Of a stretch of 64,000 bases of DNA, positions 63,786-64,000 are shown piece by piece; position 1 is the stretch's first letter, and every line of letters starts with the position of its first letter. Where the stretch lies: positions 49,910,001 to 49,974,000 of the forward strand of contig CM060731.1 of the NCBI GenBank assembly GCA_030704615.1, given 5' to 3'. A program made the position numbers and the translations under genes. The notes under the pieces were generated by a model. The model ran no database searches. It was not told the origin of the DNA and worked only from the letters and a program-made list of their open reading frames with translations. This stretch comes from Takakia lepidozioides. Taxonomy: Eukaryota > Plantae > Bryophyta.

Positions 63786-64000
63786 TCAGTGACGTCACGT
63801 AACGTCGGACCTGACGCTGACGCGACCAACGTCACGTCAGTTTTGCCGAAAAATCAGTAAAACATGAGTTAGGTGAAAAGTTTCCGGACATGATGAAAGT
63901 ACTCTGTGGAATAGACGCGGCTTCGTAACGGAAAACTAAACCCAGACAAATGGCGTATGTTATAATGTGATGCATAGGCACAATGCAACATAGCCTTGTG

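Overview
Eukaryotic, transposon-dense window, most likely from a non-seed land plant. This is inferred from PLS-type PPR remnants, DUF4228, MHF2 and Phygy/Selgy-like Ty3 elements; the species cannot be determined. 1-9968 is the right-hand part of a CACTA/EnSpm element: TnpD on -, a divergent TnpA-like gene on +, subterminal repeats and a CACTA TIR. It carries an RTEX-like LINE with a 15-bp TSD. The TIR abuts motif I of an intronless C5-cytosine DNA methyltransferase remnant. A complete 13.4-kb Ty3/gypsy element (10296-23673, TSD AGGTT) splits that remnant, and the two halves rejoin in frame when the element is removed. A second, 3'-truncated copy of the same family lies at 30657-43377, inside another copy of the LINE. 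The family has unusual cargo: (i) a 231-aa ORF0 that starts inside the LTR and has an F-box-like motif; (ii) a Gag with an acidic N-terminal extension; (iii) a ~1180-aa ORF3 after integrase (PMD/Transposase_32-like, NLS, SIM-like, coiled coil); (iv) ~10-bp-period CACAG arrays in the LTRs and at the end of pol. The only apparently intact host genes are a divergent pair, DUF4228/PADRE (-) and 6-exon MHF2/CENP-X (+). The remainder holds a 5'-truncated L1, an L1 ORF1 remnant, PPR and kelch pseudogene fragments and the 5' part of a decayed Ty1/copia. All domain calls are by-eye motif recognition; no searches were run.
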